Shown one piece after another: positions 63,095-64,000 of a stretch of 64,000 bases of DNA; position 1 is the first letter of the stretch; every line of letters starts with the position of its first letter. Origin of the DNA: an uncultured candidate division Zixibacteria bacterium (lineage in GTDB: Bacteria > Zixibacteria > MSB-5A5 > GN15 > PGXB01); assembly GCA_963702205.1 (NCBI GenBank), contig OY969724.1, positions 672,001-736,000 on the forward strand, in the 5' to 3' direction. Under the pieces are notes generated by a model. It made no database searches, was not told where the DNA came from, and saw only the letters and a program-made list of their open reading frames with translations. The translations under genes and the position numbers were made by a program.

Positions 63095-63132
63095 TGGCTA
63101 TAAATATAGCCAAATCATGTTGCCACGGTCAA
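63095..63132 (-). promoter_or_regulatory. Sigma70 promoter with a palindromic operator over the -10 box
   Basis: Minus strand TTGACC-18-TATATT; palindrome TGGCTATA-AA-TATAGCCA. Confidence 0.78.
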
Positions 63133-63207
63133 GGAAAATCGACCCTTGAGTCTCTCAAGAAATCGGCTATAAGTTGTTGAATGGCATTGTATATCAATTC
63201 ACCTAGG

Positions 63208-63573
63208 TCAATTCCCAATGATTTTATTGCTGTGCAGGGTTTTTAGCCTGTCCGTAAATGTCAGTTTTACAGACTCCAGTTGAAGCTTCTTTTTTTGCTT
63301 TTCAGCATCTTCTATAGCCGCTCTTGTTTCATCATCAATTACGAGTCGCAAAAGCTTCTTTGGATATCTGAATATCTTACCATCCATATCAACGAGAACG
63401 GTTCTCTCATTCTTCCCAGGTTTCTTAACAACTGCTACCTCAATGAACTCAAGGTCTGAAACATCCGTCTCGGGGATGGTGATTGCATAACGGCTTCCTT
63501 TGGCGAACTGGGGATCTATGTCATCCCATTTATAGTCAATCGGAAGCGCTAGTTTGTTTGTTTTCTTCTTCAT
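63208..63573 (-). CDS. Hypothetical protein
   Basis: 121-aa ORF with AGGAG RBS; no family recognised. Confidence 0.6.
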   Translation of the reverse strand: MKKKTNKLALPIDYKWDDIDPQFAKGSRYAITIPETDVSDLEFIEVAVVKKPGKNERTVLVDMDGKIFRYPKKLLRLVIDDETRAAIEDAEKQKKKLQLESVKLTFTDRLKTLHSNKIIGN

Positions 63574-63591
63574 AACACCAACTCCTAATCA

Positions 63592-63828
63592 TTACTGATT
63601 TTTCAAATAATCTTCTATTTCTTTTTCAGATTTACAGATCCAATTCAAGATTGTGGATTTGAACTCGTCTTTTACGATAAACCAGTCACCCATATCCTGC
63701 TGAACCTGTTCTATGATTTCGTTTGAAATAACTGGTCGATTACGATCTGTTCCTGTTGTTTCCTTATAACCGCTATTACTAATTGCCTTGTATGCATCAG
63801 GCCGATGAATGCTTACCTTCAAAATCAA
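63592..63828 (-). CDS. Hypothetical protein
   Basis: Short co-oriented ORF; start uncertain. Confidence 0.4.
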   Translation of the reverse strand: MILKVSIHRPDAYKAISNSGYKETTGTDRNRPVISNEIIEQVQQDMGDWFIVKDEFKSTILNWICKSEKEIEDYLKNQ

Positions 63829-64000
63829 AGTCCTTACCCGGTTGATACTTGAAAAAGCTCAGCACCTTATTCTTCTCAGCATAGAATTCGCCGTTAACCA
63901 AGAGTCCCGGCAGACGCTTCTTCGGATCCGGGTGATTAATAAACCGGTCAATAGTCTTGGGGGCTTTCCTAAATAGACGACAGATATCAGCACGACTCCA
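63797..64000 (-). CDS. Partial small HTH protein, possibly excisionase/AlpA-like
   Basis: Manual translation: WSRADICRLFRKAPKTIDRFINHPDPKKRLPGLLVNGEFYAEK...*; 5' end lies outside the window. Confidence 0.45.
   Translation of the reverse strand, partial: WSRADICRLFRKAPKTIDRFINHPDPKKRLPGLLVNGEFYAEKNKVLSFFKYQPGKDFDFEGKHSSA

Noticed and set aside
63134..63146. AAAATCGACCC as a fourth att core
   Set aside because: Short imperfect match with no arm repeats; better explained by homology to the promoter flank at about 48665-48680.

Overview
Bacterial DNA, almost all genes on the minus strand; the kinase style is reminiscent of FCB-group/Zixibacteria-like organisms (inference only). Bases 1-30.7 kb hold a carbon-reserve and general-stress cluster: zwf, pgl, gnd, H+-ATPase, GH130, PMM-like HAD, PMI, pgi, xfp, ackA, HAD, glgP, then BON/HPF/lmo0937/coiled-coil stress genes, an orphan NarL-type regulator with a thrice-repeated upstream motif, a DAC-domain gene and nhaA. 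From 30.8 kb on, the window is cut into units by attP-like junctions. Two full 216-bp copies (30810, 48709) have a tmRNA 3'-end core and TGTGACC arm repeats on both sides; a hybrid half copy lies at 54542. The two fully delimited units (17.9 kb, 5.7 kb) encode no integrase. Those two units and a third cargo block start with the same sigma70 promoter, palindromic operator and small ribbon-helix-helix gene. Their cargoes are (i) five receptor-like Ser/Thr kinases, four with mosaic, near-identical kinase DNA and variable sensor domains, (ii) a SLATT-like membrane protein plus a DUF4062-STAND-TPR NLR-like protein, and (iii) a RecD-like helicase-nuclease, a Cas4-like/DUF2779 protein and a NERD-helicase. 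The best candidate for an undescribed system is this integron-like array of non-autonomous, RHH-headed cassettes at tmRNA. All family assignments are by motif recognition, not database search.
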